Shown here: piece by piece, positions 17,443 through 27,874 of the stretch
How positions within the stretch are numbered: position 1 is the stretch's first letter
Layout of the letters: each line of letters starts with the position of its first letter
Source of the DNA: Thermoanaerobaculaceae bacterium
Lineage (GTDB): Bacteria > Acidobacteriota > Thermoanaerobaculia > Thermoanaerobaculales > Thermoanaerobaculaceae
Reading direction: 5' to 3'
Length of the DNA stretch: 64,000 bases
Assembly (NCBI GenBank): GCA_963754345.1
Contig: CAVWFZ010000002.1
Coordinates: forward strand, 13,392 to 77,391
The notes under the pieces: generated by a model
The model's input: only the letters and a program-made list of their open reading frames with translations
Databases searched by the model: none
Told to the model about the DNA's origin: nothing
Position numbers and translations under genes: made by a program

Positions 17443-18498
17443 ATGCGCGCCGCCCTGGCGCTGGCGATGGCCGCAGCCGCCTCTGGCTGCTCTTACCACC
17501 CCACGCCGGAGGTGGAGGGGGCCCGCCGCGCTGCAAAGTGCGCCGTCGCCGTCGTTCGCCCCACGGCCCCGAAACAGGCCCGGCTCATCGAACAGCTGGT
17601 GGCCCTGGCCGAGGTCGCCACGGCCGCGGAGGCAAACGCTCCGTGGTGGGAGGGCTCCGTGGGGAGGACCCAGGCGGCGTGGCTGCGGGTAGCCCGCGCA
17701 TCGCACGAGGCCACGGCCTCCGTCCGGTCGGTGCTGCAGCAGGCCCGGGGGAGCTACAGTACGCTTCACCCGGACATTCGCAACGAGGTGGTCCGCGCGC
17801 AAGCTGAGATCAGCGAGGCGGGCATGGCGCGCCGGGAAGCGGCCGCCATGGAGAGCGCCATCATGGACCTGAAGCTGGCCGAGAAGCTGGCCGCGGCCGG
17901 CCGCCACGGGCAAGCGCTCGAGGAGCTCCGGGACGCACGCGAGAACGCGGCCCTCATTCACCACACCTGGGCATCGCTGCACGCGCGCTTAGGGGACCCC
18001 GCCAACCTGCGCCTGTGGCGGCAATGGGCGGATGCCACGATCGAGGAGAGCCGCCTGAGGGGCGACATGGCTATCCTGGTGGACAAGCTGCGCCGGAGGG
18101 TCACGCTCTACCGCTCCGGCCAGCCGGTCCTGCGCTTCCCGGCAGAGCTCGGGGCCAACGGCCTGCGCCGCAAGGAGCACGCGGGCGACCGCGCGACTCC
18201 CGAGGGGATATACCGCGTCGTGCAGATCAAACAGGCGCCGACCACCAAGTTCTACAAGGCGCTCCTGCTCAACTACCCGAACGATGAGGATCGCATGCGC
18301 TTCGCGCTCGGCCAACGCCGGGGCACGATCCCTACCCGGGCCGGGATCGGGAGCCTGATCGAGATCCACGGCGCCGGCGGCGAGGGTCGGGACTGGACCG
18401 ATGGCTGCATTGCGTTGACCAACGAGGATATGGACCGCCTATTCGTGGACGTGCGCCTCGGAACTGCGGTTACCATTGTCGGGACCTATGAGCACTGA
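17443..18498 (+). CDS. L,D-transpeptidase (YkuD domain) lipoprotein
   Basis: ATG at 17443. Lipobox AASGC. Catalytic motif HGAGG...DWTDGCIALTNEDM. Confidence 0.7.
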   Translation: MRAALALAMAAAASGCSYHPTPEVEGARRAAKCAVAVVRPTAPKQARLIEQLVALAEVATAAEANAPWWEGSVGRTQAAWLRVARASHEATASVRSVLQQARGSYSTLHPDIRNEVVRAQAEISEAGMARREAAAMESAIMDLKLAEKLAAAGRHGQALEELRDARENAALIHHTWASLHARLGDPANLRLWRQWADATIEESRLRGDMAILVDKLRRRVTLYRSGQPVLRFPAELGANGLRRKEHAGDRATPEGIYRVVQIKQAPTTKFYKALLLNYPNDEDRMRFALGQRRGTIPTRAGIGSLIEIHGAGGEGRDWTDGCIALTNEDMDRLFVDVRLGTAVTIVGTYEH

Positions 18499-19186
18499 AC
18501 CCGGGGACCTCACCCCTCTTGAGCAGCCGCAGCAGCGCAGGCGCTGGCTGCCTGCGGCGGGGCTGCTCTTCGCGGCAGCCGTGGTGCTGTGCTGCGGGAG
18601 CGCCGCCGTGCTCGCGCGCCTCGGCCGGCCCTTCGTTGCCACTCCCTTCAACGCCACACCGTCCACCGCCGCCACCGACACGGATGCCGCTCTGCTGCGA
18701 AGGCACGCCGTGCTGGCCGAGAAAGAGATCGAGAAGGTCCAGCCCAAGGGGATGTACATCGTGGTGGACACCTTTCGGAACCGCCTCCACCTGGTGGAGA
18801 AGGGCAAGGTGATCCGGACCGCGGTCTGCTCCACCGGGACTGGAATCGTGCTCAAGGATCCGCGAAACGGGAAGACCTGGGTTTTCGACACACCGCTGGG
18901 CGAGCGCACGGTGGAGAGAAAGGTTAAGCACCCGGTCTGGGCCAAGCCGGACTGGGCGTTCGTCGAGGAGGGCGTGATCCCGCCCAAGGATCCCAATGAG
19001 CGCTTCGACGACGCCTCGCTTGGGGACTACGCCCTTTACATCGGGGACGGTTACATCATCCACGGAACACTTTTCAAGAGTCTCCTCGGGCGCCGCGTGA
19101 CCCACGGGTGCATCAGGCTCGGTGACGAGGACCTGGAGTTCGTGTACAAGCATGCGCCGATCGGCACTCGCGTGTATCTCTATTAG
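18476..19186 (+). CDS. L,D-transpeptidase (YkuD domain), second paralog
   Basis: HGTLFKSLLGRRVTHGCIRLGDEDL. N-terminal transmembrane or signal segment. Confidence 0.7.
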   Translation: MSGPMSTEPGDLTPLEQPQQRRRWLPAAGLLFAAAVVLCCGSAAVLARLGRPFVATPFNATPSTAATDTDAALLRRHAVLAEKEIEKVQPKGMYIVVDTFRNRLHLVEKGKVIRTAVCSTGTGIVLKDPRNGKTWVFDTPLGERTVERKVKHPVWAKPDWAFVEEGVIPPKDPNERFDDASLGDYALYIGDGYIIHGTLFKSLLGRRVTHGCIRLGDEDLEFVYKHAPIGTRVYLY

Positions 19187-19829
19187 CCTGGTGGCTGCAG
19201 GCGCCCGGGCGGGTGACGTTCCACCCGACCCCGCCCGCGTGGCCACACTGGAATTGGAGGCCGGGCTCGCCAAACGGCCGTCCGTCTACCTCGTCCTCGA
19301 TCCACAGCGCAGGGTGCTGGAGATCAAGGCGCGCGGCGCCGTACTGGACACCATCCAACTCACCGGCATCGAGATCCTCAGCCAGCAGCCTCTGCTGCGC
19401 GCCGACCATCCCAGCCGCCCGGCGATCCCGGCGGTGTGGATCGTGAAGCAGGGTCCCGGGGACACCGACCGGGAAGTCATTGCTCCAAGAGAGCTGCGCC
19501 CCGCCCCCAAGGAGGACGAGGAGGCGGAGCCGACGCCGGCCGCGACCGGGGTAGCGCCGACGCCCACTCCTACACCGGTCCCGCTGCCGCCCCAGTCATA
19601 CCGCAGCCGGCTCACCAACGGGTGGGACCTCTGGATCACCGACCGCCTGCCGCCGCAGAGTTTCCTGGGCACGTTCGTGGCAGCGGTGCGCGACGGGTGG
19701 CGCCGGCTGCGAGGGCTCAGTCAAGATCACCCCCCGGCCGTCACCCTGGCGATGACGGACGAGGACGCGCGTCGCATCCACCACCTCATGCGCGGTGGCA
19801 TGCCCATCCTCATCACGGGCGAGATGTAG
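19152..19829 (+). CDS. Hypothetical secreted protein with a Pro/Thr-rich linker
   Basis: Signal peptide MRRSALACISISLVAAGARAG. The start is uncertain and overlaps the upstream gene by about 35 nt. Confidence 0.4.
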   Translation: MRRSALACISISLVAAGARAGDVPPDPARVATLELEAGLAKRPSVYLVLDPQRRVLEIKARGAVLDTIQLTGIEILSQQPLLRADHPSRPAIPAVWIVKQGPGDTDREVIAPRELRPAPKEDEEAEPTPAATGVAPTPTPTPVPLPPQSYRSRLTNGWDLWITDRLPPQSFLGTFVAAVRDGWRRLRGLSQDHPPAVTLAMTDEDARRIHHLMRGGMPILITGEM

Positions 19830-19984
19830 TCCCCCACCCACCCACCCAGGCCTCAGGCTTCAGGCAAGACAAGGTCCGTTCGTTTCTCCTGTAGCCTGAA
19901 GCCTGTCTTTCCTGAGGTCCGAGGCCTGCGTTTGCTGCAGCGCGGCTGACGCCGCGGGACCCTTCGGCCTCACTTCATTCGGCC

Positions 19985-22786
19985 TCAGTTGCTGCGAAGC
20001 TTTGAGATGCGGTTCGCGACGTCCCGGTACGTGGGGTCCTTCGCCGCCAAGCCGGAGAACGTCGCCAGCGCGGAGGTCGTGTTTCCGGCCGCTTCCTGCG
20101 CCCTGCCCAGCTCGTACTGGAGGCCCTGCTCGACCTCGAACGGCAGTCCCTCGGCGGTGAGAGCCCGCGCGTACCACTCGGCCGCCTGCTCGGCGAGCCC
20201 CTTGTCTATGTAGCAGGCACCGATCATGCTGGCGCTCTCGACCAGGTAGTCGGGGGACTTGGCCGAGAGCTGGAACTCGCCGATCGCCTCCTCAAGGAGG
20301 CCCATCTCGCGGTAGGCGAGGCCGAGGTTGAAGTGGGTGTCGTAGTCCTCCTCGTGGACCTGCTCGGCGACCCCGCGCTGAAACTCCTTGAAGAGTTCCT
20401 CGATCGAGACTTCGCCGCTCATGCCGGCGCCGGTCGCCTGGGCAACCATCTCCTCCTCGGCGAGCTCCTTCTCCAGCTCCGCCGCCAGGTCGAAGAACTG
20501 CTCTTCCTCGCTGAAGAGCTCCGCGGCCGAGACCCCCGGCGCAACCTCCCGGCGCTCCTCGTCCCACCCGCGCGCCTTCAGGAGGGCCTGGCGTGCGACG
20601 ATGTCGGGATGCTCCGGGAACGCAGCGCGGATCTTGTCCAGCAGCTTGCCGGCGTCGTCCAGCAGACCCTGCTGGATCAGGAAGTCCAGCTCGCGGAGTT
20701 GGTCCTCACCGGGGCCCGTCAGTACGCCCGACACCTCGACCAGTTCGACTGCATCGTCGAGCGCGTCGACAGGTTCCGGTCCTGGGCGCTGTGCGGCGGG
20801 CGCCGTTGGCGGGGGCGGCGGTGCGCCGGCCGGGGCGTGAGCCGCGGGGACGTGGGCCGCGGGGACGGGGGCACGGGGCTCACGCAGCCCGAGCATGGCC
20901 TCCAGGTTGTCCAACCGGACCGCGCCGGTCGGAGCCCGGCGCGCCTCCGAGGGCCGCTCCGGTTTTGCGAGTCCCGGAACCGCGGCGAAGCCGCCGAATG
21001 GGGGCGTCTCGGCCTCGATCTCGGGGGCGGCCATCTGCCCGGCAAGCTCGTCGAGGCTGATCTCGGGCACCGGCAGGGAGAGCTCGATGGGGGGCTCCGA
21101 TGGTGCCGCGGCCCGCGCCGGTGCGGCGTCAGCGAACGCAGCCAGAGCGTCCCGCGCACCCTTGGTTTCCCTCGCACTCAAGGACGAGGGCATCTCGGCC
21201 GGCGGCATCTCCATCCGAGGCATCTCCACCGGGGCCAGTGGAGGAGGAGGCACCGGGTGCGCGCCACGAGCTTGGGCCACGGCACGGCCCAGCTCCACGC
21301 CCATCGCGTCGACGCCGCCCAGGGAATCGAGCAATTCACGGCCACGTCCATGTGAGGGGTCGACTGCAAGCAGCCGATCGAGGTGCGCCACCGCCTTGTC
21401 GGTCAGCCCGTACTTGGCGAAGACCACGGCCTCGGTGTACAGCTCCTCAAGGTTCTCCTCACCGGCGAGAGGCTCGGCCTCGAACAGCTCGGCGGGCGGC
21501 GGCGGCGGGGAAACGGCCTCGGCGGGGGCGGCCACACCGGAGTCGAAATCCACCTCCACGTACTCCAGCTCGTGGCCCGGATGCGCCGCGGTCGGCACGG
21601 GGGGCGGCAGGGGTGGCGACACACCCAGTTCCTTGAGGCGCTTGGCGAACAGCACGTTCGCGGGGTCCTGCTGGGCCAGCCCCTTGTACAGCTCCGCCGC
21701 CTCAGACTTCCGCCCCTCGCGGAAGTAGACGTCCGCGAGAGCAGTCTCGATGTTCACGACCATGTCGGCGTCGTTCTGCTTGCTGAAAACCTTGAGCGCC
21801 CGCTCCAGGATCTCCGCGTTGCCGGCGTTGCTCCTCAGCAGCCGCTCGACAAGGGTGGCCGCCCGGCCCAGGTCGTTGGCCTCCAGCAGGCGGTCGACGG
21901 TCGAGAGAACGGCATCGCTGGCCTCGAGGGCCCCGCCTCCGCGCGCAATGATCTCACTGTAGAGCTGAACGATATCGGCACGCCCGCCTGCCTGCGGCAG
22001 CAGCTCTTCCACGAGCTTGCGTGCGGCCTGGATGTCGCCGGACTCCAGGAAAGCCCGTGCGGCGGCACGCTTCAGCTCGAGGCCACCCTTGGTGGTGCCG
22101 AGCGCCTTTCTGGCGAGCTCGACCGCCTGGGTCGCTCGCCCGGCGGCCAGCAGTGCGTCCACACACGGGGCGATGAAGTCGCCGTGCTCCGTCTTGAGGT
22201 CGAGGGCGCGGTGGTAGAGCTTGACAGCTTCGTCCAGCATCCCACGCCCGAGGAGCGCGCGGCCCAGAGCGTCGATCTCGGTGCCCACGGACCCGACGTC
22301 CCCGATCTGCACCGAGAGGTCGATGAGCTTGGCGCGCGCCTGGAAGTTGCTTGGCTCCAGCTCGACCAGGCGGCGGTAAACGCGCACCGCTTCCTTGGGC
22401 TGCTTGGAGCGCAGGAACCAGTCGGCGAGCGTGACCATCTGCTGCCGCCCCTCGACGACGAGGCCCTGCTTGAAGTAGAGATCGGCAAGCAACTCGTAGG
22501 TCTCTGTGCGGCTCGGGTCGAGACGGTTGACCTTCTTGTAGATCGCCACGGCCTTGAGAAAGAAGCCGTCCTCGGCGAAGTGCGTGGCGATGCGCTGGTA
22601 GACGTCGATGGCTTCCGCGATGCGCGACGCCCGCACCAGGAGGTCGCCCAGGCGGTTGAGTGCGTTAGTGTCGCGGGGGGCCTGGTCGAGGGCACGCTTG
22701 TACTCCCTGATGGCGGCATCCAGCTTGCCCTTTGCGGCGAGCTTCTCCGCCTCCTGGATGATCAGATCCCGCTTCGACGTCGACAT
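19985..22786 (-). CDS. Large TPR-repeat protein with a central Pro/Ala-rich low-complexity region
   Basis: 933 aa. N- and C-terminal TPR blocks. The central part is PPLPPPVPTAAHP...APAGAPPPPPTAPAAQRPGP. Confidence 0.7.
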   Translation of the reverse strand: MSTSKRDLIIQEAEKLAAKGKLDAAIREYKRALDQAPRDTNALNRLGDLLVRASRIAEAIDVYQRIATHFAEDGFFLKAVAIYKKVNRLDPSRTETYELLADLYFKQGLVVEGRQQMVTLADWFLRSKQPKEAVRVYRRLVELEPSNFQARAKLIDLSVQIGDVGSVGTEIDALGRALLGRGMLDEAVKLYHRALDLKTEHGDFIAPCVDALLAAGRATQAVELARKALGTTKGGLELKRAAARAFLESGDIQAARKLVEELLPQAGGRADIVQLYSEIIARGGGALEASDAVLSTVDRLLEANDLGRAATLVERLLRSNAGNAEILERALKVFSKQNDADMVVNIETALADVYFREGRKSEAAELYKGLAQQDPANVLFAKRLKELGVSPPLPPPVPTAAHPGHELEYVEVDFDSGVAAPAEAVSPPPPPAELFEAEPLAGEENLEELYTEAVVFAKYGLTDKAVAHLDRLLAVDPSHGRGRELLDSLGGVDAMGVELGRAVAQARGAHPVPPPPLAPVEMPRMEMPPAEMPSSLSARETKGARDALAAFADAAPARAAAPSEPPIELSLPVPEISLDELAGQMAAPEIEAETPPFGGFAAVPGLAKPERPSEARRAPTGAVRLDNLEAMLGLREPRAPVPAAHVPAAHAPAGAPPPPPTAPAAQRPGPEPVDALDDAVELVEVSGVLTGPGEDQLRELDFLIQQGLLDDAGKLLDKIRAAFPEHPDIVARQALLKARGWDEERREVAPGVSAAELFSEEEQFFDLAAELEKELAEEEMVAQATGAGMSGEVSIEELFKEFQRGVAEQVHEEDYDTHFNLGLAYREMGLLEEAIGEFQLSAKSPDYLVESASMIGACYIDKGLAEQAAEWYARALTAEGLPFEVEQGLQYELGRAQEAAGNTTSALATFSGLAAKDPTYRDVANRISKLRSN

Positions 22787-22808
22787 GAGGGTGCCATGTA
22801 CCCCGCGC

Positions 22809-23420
22809 TTATCCTAGCACACGCAACGGTTTGAAGCTGAGCCGGTGGTGCTCCGACGCCCCCAGCCTGCGGAGCGCCGCGAGGTGGGCCGGCGAGGGGT
22901 AACCCTTGTTGGTGTCCCACCCATAGCCGGGGATCTCGTGCGAGAGCAGCACCATCGTCTCATCGCGCACCACCTTGGCCACGATCGAGGCGGCGGCCAC
23001 GCAAAGGTAGCGGGCGTCGGCCCGCACCTCCGCCCGGTGCTCGACGGCCAAGCCCGGCAGCGCCACCGCGTCGGTGACCACGAGGCCGGGGGTCCTGGGG
23101 AGGGAGAGCACAGCCTCCAGCATCGCCGCCCGAGTCGCTTCCAGGATGTTCAGGCGGTCAATGTCGGCCGGGCCACGGTGCGCCACCGCGCAGCACACTG
23201 CCTTCTCGAGGATCTCGGCGGCGAGGCGGCAGCGCTTCTTGGGGGAGAGGCGCTTGGAGTCGTCGAGGCCAACCACCGGCCTGCCGGGATCGAGAATGAC
23301 GGCAGCAACCGTGACGGGACCGGCGAGTGCTCCGCGTCCCACCTCGTCCACGCCGGCGATCAGGCCGTACGCTGCCTCGAGTTCTTGGTCAAGCGCACCG
23401 TCGGGCGGCGCGGCTCTCAC
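22809..23420 (-). CDS. rnhB: Ribonuclease HII
   Basis: [19 protein letters not shown] and [11 protein letters not shown] are RNase HII motifs. Confidence 0.85.
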   Translation of the reverse strand: MRAAPPDGALDQELEAAYGLIAGVDEVGRGALAGPVTVAAVILDPGRPVVGLDDSKRLSPKKRCRLAAEILEKAVCCAVAHRGPADIDRLNILEATRAAMLEAVLSLPRTPGLVVTDAVALPGLAVEHRAEVRADARYLCVAAASIVAKVVRDETMVLLSHEIPGYGWDTNKGYPSPAHLAALRRLGASEHHRLSFKPLRVLG

Positions 23421-23764
23421 TGCCGGTCGTAGTCCTCCTCGAGGCGCGCGGCCTTCCCCTTGAGCGCCCGCAGGTAGTAGAGCTTGGCCCTGCGAACGCG
23501 GCCGTGGCGCACGACCTCGATGCGGGCGATGCTCGGCGAATGCACCGGGAAGATCCTCTCCACGCCGATGCTATAGGAGACCTTGCGCACCGTGAAGCTC
23601 TCGCGAACCCCACCCCCACGACGCCCGATCACCACGCCCTCGAAGACCTGGATACGTTCCTTCTCGCCCTCGCGGATCTTGACGTGCACGCGTACCGTGT
23701 CACCCGGCCCGAAGTCCGGGATGTTCTCGCGCATCTGCTCTTTTTCGAGCTCGCGAATATCCAT
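23417..23764 (-). CDS. rplS: 50S ribosomal protein L19
   Basis: [35 protein letters not shown] is the L19 signature. Confidence 0.9.
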   Translation of the reverse strand: MDIRELEKEQMRENIPDFGPGDTVRVHVKIREGEKERIQVFEGVVIGRRGGGVRESFTVRKVSYSIGVERIFPVHSPSIARIEVVRHGRVRRAKLYYLRALKGKAARLEEDYDRQ

Positions 23765-23829
23765 GACAGACCTCCAACCCTGACCGCGCTCGAGGAGGAC
23801 GTGGCGCGGAAGGGGGATTATACACGCCT

Positions 23830-24641
23830 TCAGCGGCTACGGGAAGGGTCCGAGCCCTCTCCGGGCGGGTCCGGGGGGAGGCTGATCCCCTCCTCGGCTG
23901 CCACGGCCCTCGCCACGCCCCGGGTCTCGGGGGCCAGGACGGCCCAGGCGGCGCGGACCAGGTCCGGCCTGCGCCTGAGCGTCAGCCGCACCGCCGCCTC
24001 GAGGCGCCACCGGCGCACCGCCTCATGGTCGCCCGACGACAGCACCTCGGGCACCTCCCGGCCCTCGAACTCGCGTGGCCGGGTGTAGACCGGGTGGTCC
24101 AGCAGGCCCGACGTGAAGGAATCGGCCGCCACGGAGCCGGGGTCCCCGACCACGCCCGGCAGGTGGCGGGCGGCCGCGTCGAGCATCGCGAGCGCGGCCA
24201 ACTCCCCCCCGAGAGCACGAAGTCCCCGAGAGAGATCTCGTCCGCGCGCAGGATCTCGTGGACGCGCTCGTCGAACCCCTCGTAGCGGCCGCAGACGAAG
24301 AGCAGGCGGGGGTAGCCGGCCAGTTCCCGGGCGACCGTGTCGTCGAAACGCCGCCCGCGCGGGTCAGGGAGCACCACGTGAGGCTCTCCGGCCATTGCGA
24401 CCACGTCGCGCACCGCCGGCACCACGGCGGGAGCCAGCAGCACCATCCCCGGCCCGCCCCCGTACGGTTCGTCGTCCACCTGCCCGTGGCGGTTTACCGC
24501 CCACCTGCGCAGGTCGTGCACGCGCACGTCGAGCAGGCCCGCGGCGCCCGCCCGCCCGAGCACGCCGACGGCCAGGTACGGCTCGACGGCGGCCGGGAAG
24601 AGGGTCAGGATGTCACAGCGCATCGTCGTCGAAGAGCCCAC
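23830..24641 (-). pseudogene. trmD: tRNA (guanine37-N1)-methyltransferase, interrupted by a -1 frameshift in a G7 run
   Basis: ORF 23982-24641 carries N-terminal TrmD through [14 protein letters not shown] 23830-24201 continues as [22 protein letters not shown]...DSFT in another frame. The junction is the run of 7 C at 24203-24209 (plus strand); 8 would restore the frame. Confidence 0.75.
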
Positions 24642-25146
24642 GGGGAGGGTCGAGCACCACGGCGCGTCCCGTCAAGTCGACCTTTACCACGATCGGGGCC
24701 GCGAACGGCACCAGCACCTCGCCCCCCTCCGTCGCCACCGCCAGCAGGGGCGCGCCGGGGCCGGTCTGCAGATCCGTCACGTCACCCAGAACGGTGCCGT
24801 CCGCGAGCACGCACCGGCAGCCCACCAGCTCGTGCTCGTAGTAGTAGTTTGCCGGCAGCGTGGAGCGCTCCTGGGCTGGGAGGAAGACCCAGAGGCCGCG
24901 CCAGCCCTCGATGTCGTCGCGGCTGAGGATCCCGACGAAGCTGAGCAGCCAGTCTCCCTTGTGGAAACGGACGCGGTGGACGACCTTCTGGAACTCGGGG
25001 GCGTCATGGCCGAGGCCGACCTCCACCCCGGCAACCAGGCGCTCGGGGAAGTCGGTCAGCGTCTCGACCGCGACCTCGCCGTGCACCCCATGGGGACGAC
25101 GCACTCGCCCCACGGCCAGCCAGCTGGCTTCGGGGCCCTCGGCCAT
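24613..25146 (-). CDS. rimM: Ribosome maturation factor RimM
   Basis: [25 protein letters not shown] is the RimM N-terminal; a PRC barrel lies at the C-terminus. Confidence 0.85.
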   Translation of the reverse strand: MAEGPEASWLAVGRVRRPHGVHGEVAVETLTDFPERLVAGVEVGLGHDAPEFQKVVHRVRFHKGDWLLSFVGILSRDDIEGWRGLWVFLPAQERSTLPANYYYEHELVGCRCVLADGTVLGDVTDLQTGPGAPLLAVATEGGEVLVPFAAPIVVKVDLTGRAVVLDPPRGLFDDDAL

Positions 25147-25377
25147 CTACTCGAGGATCTCGAGCACGAAGCGCTTGCGGATCTTCATGCCGGCGGCCGC
25201 CAACAAGGTGCGCATCGCCCGTGCCGTCTTGCCCTGCTTGCCGATGACCTTGCCGAGGTCCTCCGTCGCAACGCGCAGCTCGAGCACGGTGGTCTGTTCG
25301 CCCTGGACCTCGTTCACCTGCACCTTGTCGGGTTGGTCAACGAGCGCCTTCGCGATGTGTTCGATGAGCTCTTTCAT
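25147..25377 (-). CDS. KH-domain RNA-binding protein (UPF0109/YlqC-like)
   Basis: ATG at 25377 ([21 protein letters not shown]...[18 protein letters not shown]). Conserved position between rpsP and rimM. Confidence 0.75.
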   Translation of the reverse strand: MKELIEHIAKALVDQPDKVQVNEVQGEQTTVLELRVATEDLGKVIGKQGKTARAMRTLLAAAGMKIRKRFVLEILE

Positions 25378-25409
25378 GCGCGCCTCCCAGTCAGCCGTGT
25401 GTGGCGGTC

Positions 25410-25646
25410 CTAGGTCGTGGTCTTTTCGAGCAAGCTTTTCACCGTCGGCGAAAGCTGCGCCCCGCGTGCCACCCAGTACTCCACGCGCTCGCGGTTGATC
25501 GTCACCTCCACCGGCTTGCTGCGGGGATTGTAGAAACCCACCTCTTCCAGCACCGCCGCCGTCGGCGTCTTCCGGCGATCGGAGACAACCACGCGATACA
25601 CCGGGCGCTTGTTGGAGCCCATTCGCCGCAGTCGAATCATCAGCAT
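25410..25646 (-). CDS. rpsP: 30S ribosomal protein S16
   Basis: [23 protein letters not shown] is the S16 sequence. Confidence 0.9.
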   Translation of the reverse strand: MLMIRLRRMGSNKRPVYRVVVSDRRKTPTAAVLEEVGFYNPRSKPVEVTINRERVEYWVARGAQLSPTVKSLLEKTTT

Positions 25647-25717
25647 CGAGATCTCTCCTTACCTTGCTTCGCGGAGGAACCGCGAACGAGAATTGTACCA
25701 AAACGCGCTTCCAGCCT

Positions 25718-27037
25718 CTACAACCCCATCGAGCGCAGCACCCGGCGGGGGTCGCCGCTGCCCAGCCGCTTGACCAGACGCTTCATCTCGGCGTACTGCC
25801 GCAGCAGGCGGTTGACCTCCTCCACCGTGGTCCCCGCGCCACGGGCGATCCGCTTCCGGCGCGACCCATTGAGGATGTCGGGGCGGCGGCGCTCCTGCGC
25901 GGTCATCGAGCAGATGATGGCCTCGAAACGCACGAGCTTCCTGTCGTCCACCTGGGGGCCCTTGAGCGCCTTGACGCCCGGCAACAGGTCCACGAGTTGG
26001 TTCAGCAGGCCGCCGCCGCGCATTTGCTTGAGCTGGTCGCGCAGGTCGTCGAGGTCGAACCCCTCGTTCTTGAGCTTGCGCTCCAGCTCCGCGGCCTTCT
26101 TCTCGTCCACCGTCGCCTGGGCCTTCTCGAAGAAGGTCGCCATGTCGCCGAGCCCCAGGATGCGCGCCGCCATCCGGTCGGGGTGGAAGAGCTCGAGGTC
26201 CTCCAGGCGCTCGCCCACCCCCGCCAGGCGGATCGGCTTGCCGGCCACGGAGACCACCGAAAGTGCCGCTCCGCCGCGGGCGTCGCCGTCCAGCTTGGTG
26301 AGGATCACGCCCGAGAGCGGCAACCGCGCCGAGAACGCCTCCGCCTGCTTTACCGCGTCCTGGCCGGTCATGGCGTCCGCCACGAACAGCACCTCGCTGG
26401 GTGCAAGGATGCCGTACAGCTCTGTGAGCTCGGACATCAGCTCGTCGTCCACGTGGAGCCGGCCCGCGGTGTCGAACACGATCACCTCGAACCCCTTGCG
26501 GCGGGCCTCCACGAGGGCGGCGCGGGCGATCTCCGGCGGCGACGGCCAGGCGCGCGTGTCGAGCACCGCCAGCCCGGCCTGCGCGCCGAGCTGTTCGAGC
26601 TGCTCGCGCGCCGCCGGCCGCTGGGTGTCCGCTGGCACGAGCAGGACGTGCTTGCCCAGCTTCGCCTTGATGAACACGCCCAGCTTGGCGGCCGTGGTGG
26701 TCTTCCCGGTCCCCTGCAGCCCGACCAGCATCAGCGGTGCCGGGAACCCCTTGAACTTGAGCGGGCGCTCCTGGCCGCCCAGGAGGCGCGTGAGCTCCTC
26801 GTGGACGATCTTGAGCACCTGCTGCGCCGGGGTCAGGGAGGTCAGGACCTCCTTGCCCAGGGAGCGCTCCCGCACCCTGCTTGTGAATTCCTTCACAACT
26901 GGCAGCGCCACGTCAGCGGCCAGCAACGCGCGCCGGATCTCGGCAAGGGCGTCGTCCACGTGCTTCTCGGTGAGATGCCCCTCGCCGCGCAGCGTCTTGA
27001 AGACCTTTTGCAGCCGGTCGGAGAGCGCTTCGAGCAT
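25718..27037 (-). CDS. ffh: Signal recognition particle protein Ffh
   Basis: ATG at 27037 after GGGAGG. GTPase motifs [20 protein letters not shown] and [10 protein letters not shown], plus a Met-rich M domain. Confidence 0.9.
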   Translation of the reverse strand: MLEALSDRLQKVFKTLRGEGHLTEKHVDDALAEIRRALLAADVALPVVKEFTSRVRERSLGKEVLTSLTPAQQVLKIVHEELTRLLGGQERPLKFKGFPAPLMLVGLQGTGKTTTAAKLGVFIKAKLGKHVLLVPADTQRPAAREQLEQLGAQAGLAVLDTRAWPSPPEIARAALVEARRKGFEVIVFDTAGRLHVDDELMSELTELYGILAPSEVLFVADAMTGQDAVKQAEAFSARLPLSGVILTKLDGDARGGAALSVVSVAGKPIRLAGVGERLEDLELFHPDRMAARILGLGDMATFFEKAQATVDEKKAAELERKLKNEGFDLDDLRDQLKQMRGGGLLNQLVDLLPGVKALKGPQVDDRKLVRFEAIICSMTAQERRRPDILNGSRRKRIARGAGTTVEEVNRLLRQYAEMKRLVKRLGSGDPRRVLRSMGL

Positions 27038-27114
27038 GCCCCTCCCAGGGAGGTGGAGTCTACCTCCCAATGGCCCACCCCTCAAGCCAGCCTGTTCTTA
27101 CTGCACTCCGTGCA

Positions 27115-27760
27115 CGTTTCTTGCCCCGCGGGCTCGGATCGGCACTTTGTTCCTTCAACAGCGTTGCACTCTTTTTGCCCCGCGGGCTGGGAGCAGTCGC
27201 TCGGGCTGCGCATCGAGCGCAGCCCTCCGACCCGCCTTCGCGTGCGACCGAGCTGGCACAGACCGGCGTGCGGACCCTCGCTGTTCCTCGCCCTCGCGCT
27301 GCGCGCTCGTGTTCGGCCAGCGTTTCCACCCGCCGGTCTGGCCGCTCGGTGCCCGCACGCTCCGCCGGAATGGCTCCTATCGCCCGCGGGGCGGATTTCA
27401 CCTCCACCCCCCCGGTTCCCTGTGCACCTGCACGCACCTGATGCTCTTGCCAGGACTCTCGCCCCATTGGCACAGCCACCGCGTTACGGGAGGGGGACTT
27501 TCAATCCGCCGGTGCCGCGGGCGGCCTATCTCTCCGGAGCCCGTGGGCACCACGCGGTGGGATCCGGCGTGAGGTATCGGTGGCGCGAGGAGCCCAGGTT
27601 TGTGGCGACGAGCGAACACCGAGGAGCCTCGCGACGGGCCCGCCAGGCGTGGTCGCGGGCGGAGGAGTGTGCGGCCGCAGGCCGCGGGGGCGGCCAAGGC
27701 CGCAGGTTTAGCCACCCGTGGGACCGGCAACACAAAGCCACGCAGTGAAAGGGAGAGGCC
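27115..27760. repeat. Copy B of the dispersed repeat family (about 645 nt), in the divergent ffh / secreted-protein intergenic region
   Basis: The 5' motif TTGCCCCGCGGGCT occurs twice (27121, 27176). 83 nt match copy A. The core GGGGGACTTTCAATCCGCCGGTGCCGCGGGCGGCCTATCTCTCCGGAGCC and the 3' module GCCACCCGTGGGACCGGCAACACAAAGCCACGCAGTGAAAGGG are present. Confidence 0.65.
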
Positions 27761-27874
27761 GGCCGCGAATTCCGTCGTCTCTGGCGCCACTGGCATGGCC
27801 TGCCCCCCTTGACGCCCACCCCTCGCGCCTTAGATTGGACCCAAGAGATCGAATTTGGTCCCTTGGAGGCGAAG

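Noticed and set aside
27497-27545. The core motif reverse-complement ...CCGCGGCACCGGCGGATTGAAAG resembles a type I-C CRISPR repeat (…GCGCGTGGATTGAAAC)
   Set aside because: There is no array: no regularly spaced copies with unique spacers and no cas genes in the window. The copies are hundreds to thousands of nt apart and are embedded in longer homologous blocks.
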